This document shows, piece after piece, positions 61,197-64,000 of a stretch of DNA of 64,000 nucleotides. A model generated the notes under the pieces. The model saw nothing but the letters and a program-made list of their open reading frames with translations. It was not told where the DNA came from and ran no database searches. Position 1 is the first letter of the stretch, and each line of letters opens with the position of its first letter. Origin of the DNA: Eledone cirrhosa (taxonomy: Eukaryota); the NCBI GenBank assembly GCA_964016885.1, contig OZ024746.1:43958001-44022000 (forward strand). The letters run 5' to 3'. A program made the translations under genes and the position numbers.

Positions 61197-61966
61197 GGAT
61201 GTTCCAAATATGTTTAAGCTGTGTCTGTTAAAGAAATTTCAGATGTTTTTGTTAGTATTTGGATACAATTGTCTGTAGACATAATGTGCCAATAGTATGC
61301 TGATTTGAATTCACATTGATTTTTTCCATATGTTATGGTTTCATAAACTGTTTTACTTTTGTGTTGTGTTTCAATTCCATCAAAGTTGACTTTGACTTTC
61401 ATCCATTTAGAGTCAATGAAATAAGTATCAATAATTTAGAGATAGATTCAATTGACCATCCTACACCACTTTGCTAATTTGGAATCGTGTGTTTTAGTTA
61501 GAAATCATTATAGCATTGAGTATGTGATCATACAATTTAACATTTTTTATTGCTTCTTGTATTTTTATTTTTATGCTATGTCTTGCCTAATTGAATTGAA
61601 AAGTACTTCAAATTCAGATGTTTCTATTGTTTGTGGAGCAGATATTTTTGGTTTTGGCTAATTTCCCTTTATAGTTCTGGCCACTTCATTTAAAATATAT
61701 TCTTATGTATACTTTATTGTTGAAAGTATTGAAGCAATCAGAAACTATGATGCTTAAAGCTATATATTTATCTTTAACAAATAAGATTTGTTCTCATGAT
61801 GGAAAAATTCATGAGAAAAAATGTTTAGACAAATGGTTCTGTGATGCCAAAAGGACTCCATTATGTCTCACAAATTGTAAACTATATGCTTGTGTTTTTT
61901 TTTCATGCCACCATGAGTTGGATCTTCTTTTTTGAACTTTGTAGATTTTAAATTAAGTGAAGGCCA

Positions 61967-62168
61967 TACTATGGTCGGCTGAAAAATTCTTAGGCTGACC
62001 AAGATACTCTCATGGAATGACCAAATGAGATTTATCTTTCGACATAGTCTCTGGAAAGAAACAATGCAGTTATGAATAAGAAGAGTTGAAATTAATGCAT
62101 GCAAGATTTCACAGCCCTAGCATCACTCCTTCATAGTCAGCCTATAAACTTTTCAGGCTACCTTTGTA
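61967..62168. mobile_element. mariner-type MITE, second copy (opposite orientation)
   Basis: GGTCGGCTGAAAAATTCTAGGCTGAC ... GTCAGCCTATAAACTTTTCAGGCTACCTTTGTA. Confidence 0.75.
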
Positions 62169-62610
62169 TGCTAAAATTATTAGATAATGCTTTTGAAGGT
62201 TAGGTTTCCTGAGGCATATGAACATTCTGCATTTCAGATCTATGATTATGTCAATTGCTTTAAAATGTAATTTTAAACTAATTCTGATAAACGTTGCATC
62301 ATTGTTTAAAGAAAAACAGTACTATGCCTCTATATTTCAATTTGTTTCTATGATAAAGATAAAAATTCTGAATTATCAGACTTGGAGATGCTTGCTTAAA
62401 TGCATGATATATATATATATACTTATGGTAAACATGCTGACTAAACAGGGTTGCATATGCAATACACCAACCAATAAACAATGATGAAATTCAAGCACTT
62501 AACATCATGTTTTTTCTTCAAATATGATTTGTCAGTCAGTGACGGAGTATATGTAGAATAAGGAAAATATGAAGTTCGGTGTGTATATGAAATAGTCCTT
62601 TATTAACAAA

Positions 62611-62691
62611 GCTGTCATACATATTTCAATGACAATCACTTCTACATGATTGTTGAATCATGTAGTTGGTCACGTGATCTCATCAGACAGC
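62611..62691 (-). ncRNA. Decayed type I hammerhead motif
   Basis: GCTGT-CTGATGA-[CTACATGATT/AATCATGTAG hairpin]-GAAA-TATGTA-TG-ACAGC; triplet is AUG (non-NUH), so probably inactive. Confidence 0.5.
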
Positions 62692-64000
62692 ACCATTATG
62701 TAATAAGGTTACGTTTTCGAGGTAATCCAATTTAAAGACAAGGGAACGGACAAAAAGGATGTTTTCATAGCTGATGTCTGCTCCCTTATATATTCATTAT
62801 ATATATATATATAATGAATGAATCAATGTTGTTTTTGAGGAGAGATGGGTTTGTAACAAATGTACATTTTCATAGTTTAAATAACTTTAATCTGAATGCT
62901 ACATATTTTTGCAAAAGCAAAGTTAATCCTGGTAGAATGTGAACTCAAAATGTTAGGATTGAAAGTAAATACTGCTTAACATTTAGCCTAGTATCTTGCT
63001 ATTTCACTGCAGATTATATAAGTTATAGATTTAGGAGGATATTACAATATCACCCAGGAAATGAAATCACATTAGTAAAGCCTCAGTGATCTTCACTGGT
63101 CTTAATTACCTTATTAGGAAAGTGCAACATTTTAAGTCTATTGATAGATATACTTGGCACATATTGAAAAGAGTAACAAGAAAATTATCTGCATTGTGAA
63201 GCAACTGCATTCATAGAATATTAAAATATTATCAAAATTTTGCTTAGCAAAGAACATCATAATTCATAGAGATTATGGTTTCCACATTGTAGAATTAACT
63301 ATATAGTGATTGCAGCTGGCTTGTTTGGACATCATTTTCAGCAGGGAGTGAACTAAATTGAAAAATAATCAATATTGTTGAAATTCCTTGCGGTGCATAA
63401 ATAATGAAAGCTACCTAAATTTATATGTACATATATATGTTTTGACAAGACAGTGACAAGCTAAGCTTTTAAGTAAACAATCACTTTTAATAACAAGTAA
63501 CATCATCATCATTTTAATGTCCACTTTTGCTGCTAGAAAAGGTTGGACGGGTCTACCTACATAGACCAAGTGAGTACTAAAGCAGTGGCTACTGATCTCC
63601 CAGACAAGCCAGTGACTTCTCATCTCACTTATGTACGTTCTCAGCTTGAAAGTGACACAGAAGTGACTGAGGTTAGCTGGACATGTTCACTGACATTGAT
63701 AGCTGGCACTGCACCCAGTGGTCCTGTGGGAGCTCCTACATGGACACACTGGAAGAGTGAGACTTAGTATGACATATGTTGATATCCTAAGGACAGAAGG
63801 ATAAAGGCCGCTGGAGAGAACTCATCCATGGATCTTGGGAATTTCACCTGCCCTATATATATATGTATGTATATATATTGAGAGAGAGTTATAATCATGA
63901 GCAAGGCACCATGGTCAGGATTATACTTATCATACCCACTCTGCATTGAGTAGCCCCATGATTTTTGGTCTCTTTGGTCTTAGCACTGCAGGCACTCTTT

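Overview
Very AT-rich, repeat-dominated eukaryotic DNA with kilobase-scale (TA)n/(TACA)n/(CA)n arrays. The tRNA-type SINE families and microsatellite load suggest an octopod cephalopod genome (inference). Almost all long ORFs in the track are microsatellite artefacts (YIYI...). Real coding signal comes from decayed mobile elements: RTE, CR1/L2-like, Rex1/Babar-like, R4/Dong-like and CRE-like restriction-endonuclease LINEs, Penelope-like elements (PLE), a Helitron helicase fragment, and mariner/pogo/piggyBac-type MITEs. There is one plausible host exon, a signal-peptide first coding exon on the minus strand (55521-55796). The main hidden signal is a set of at least five sequence-unrelated type-I hammerhead ribozyme motifs, plus decayed ones, each with a short, mostly palindromic stem III. 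One lies downstream of a PLE ORF end and one sits in an inverted pLTR-like repeat. Other notable structures are a near-perfect foldback interrupted by a SINE, a tail-to-tail SINE pair, and a cluster of different retroelements inserted into (TA)n arrays. All calls were made by eye and boundaries are approximate.
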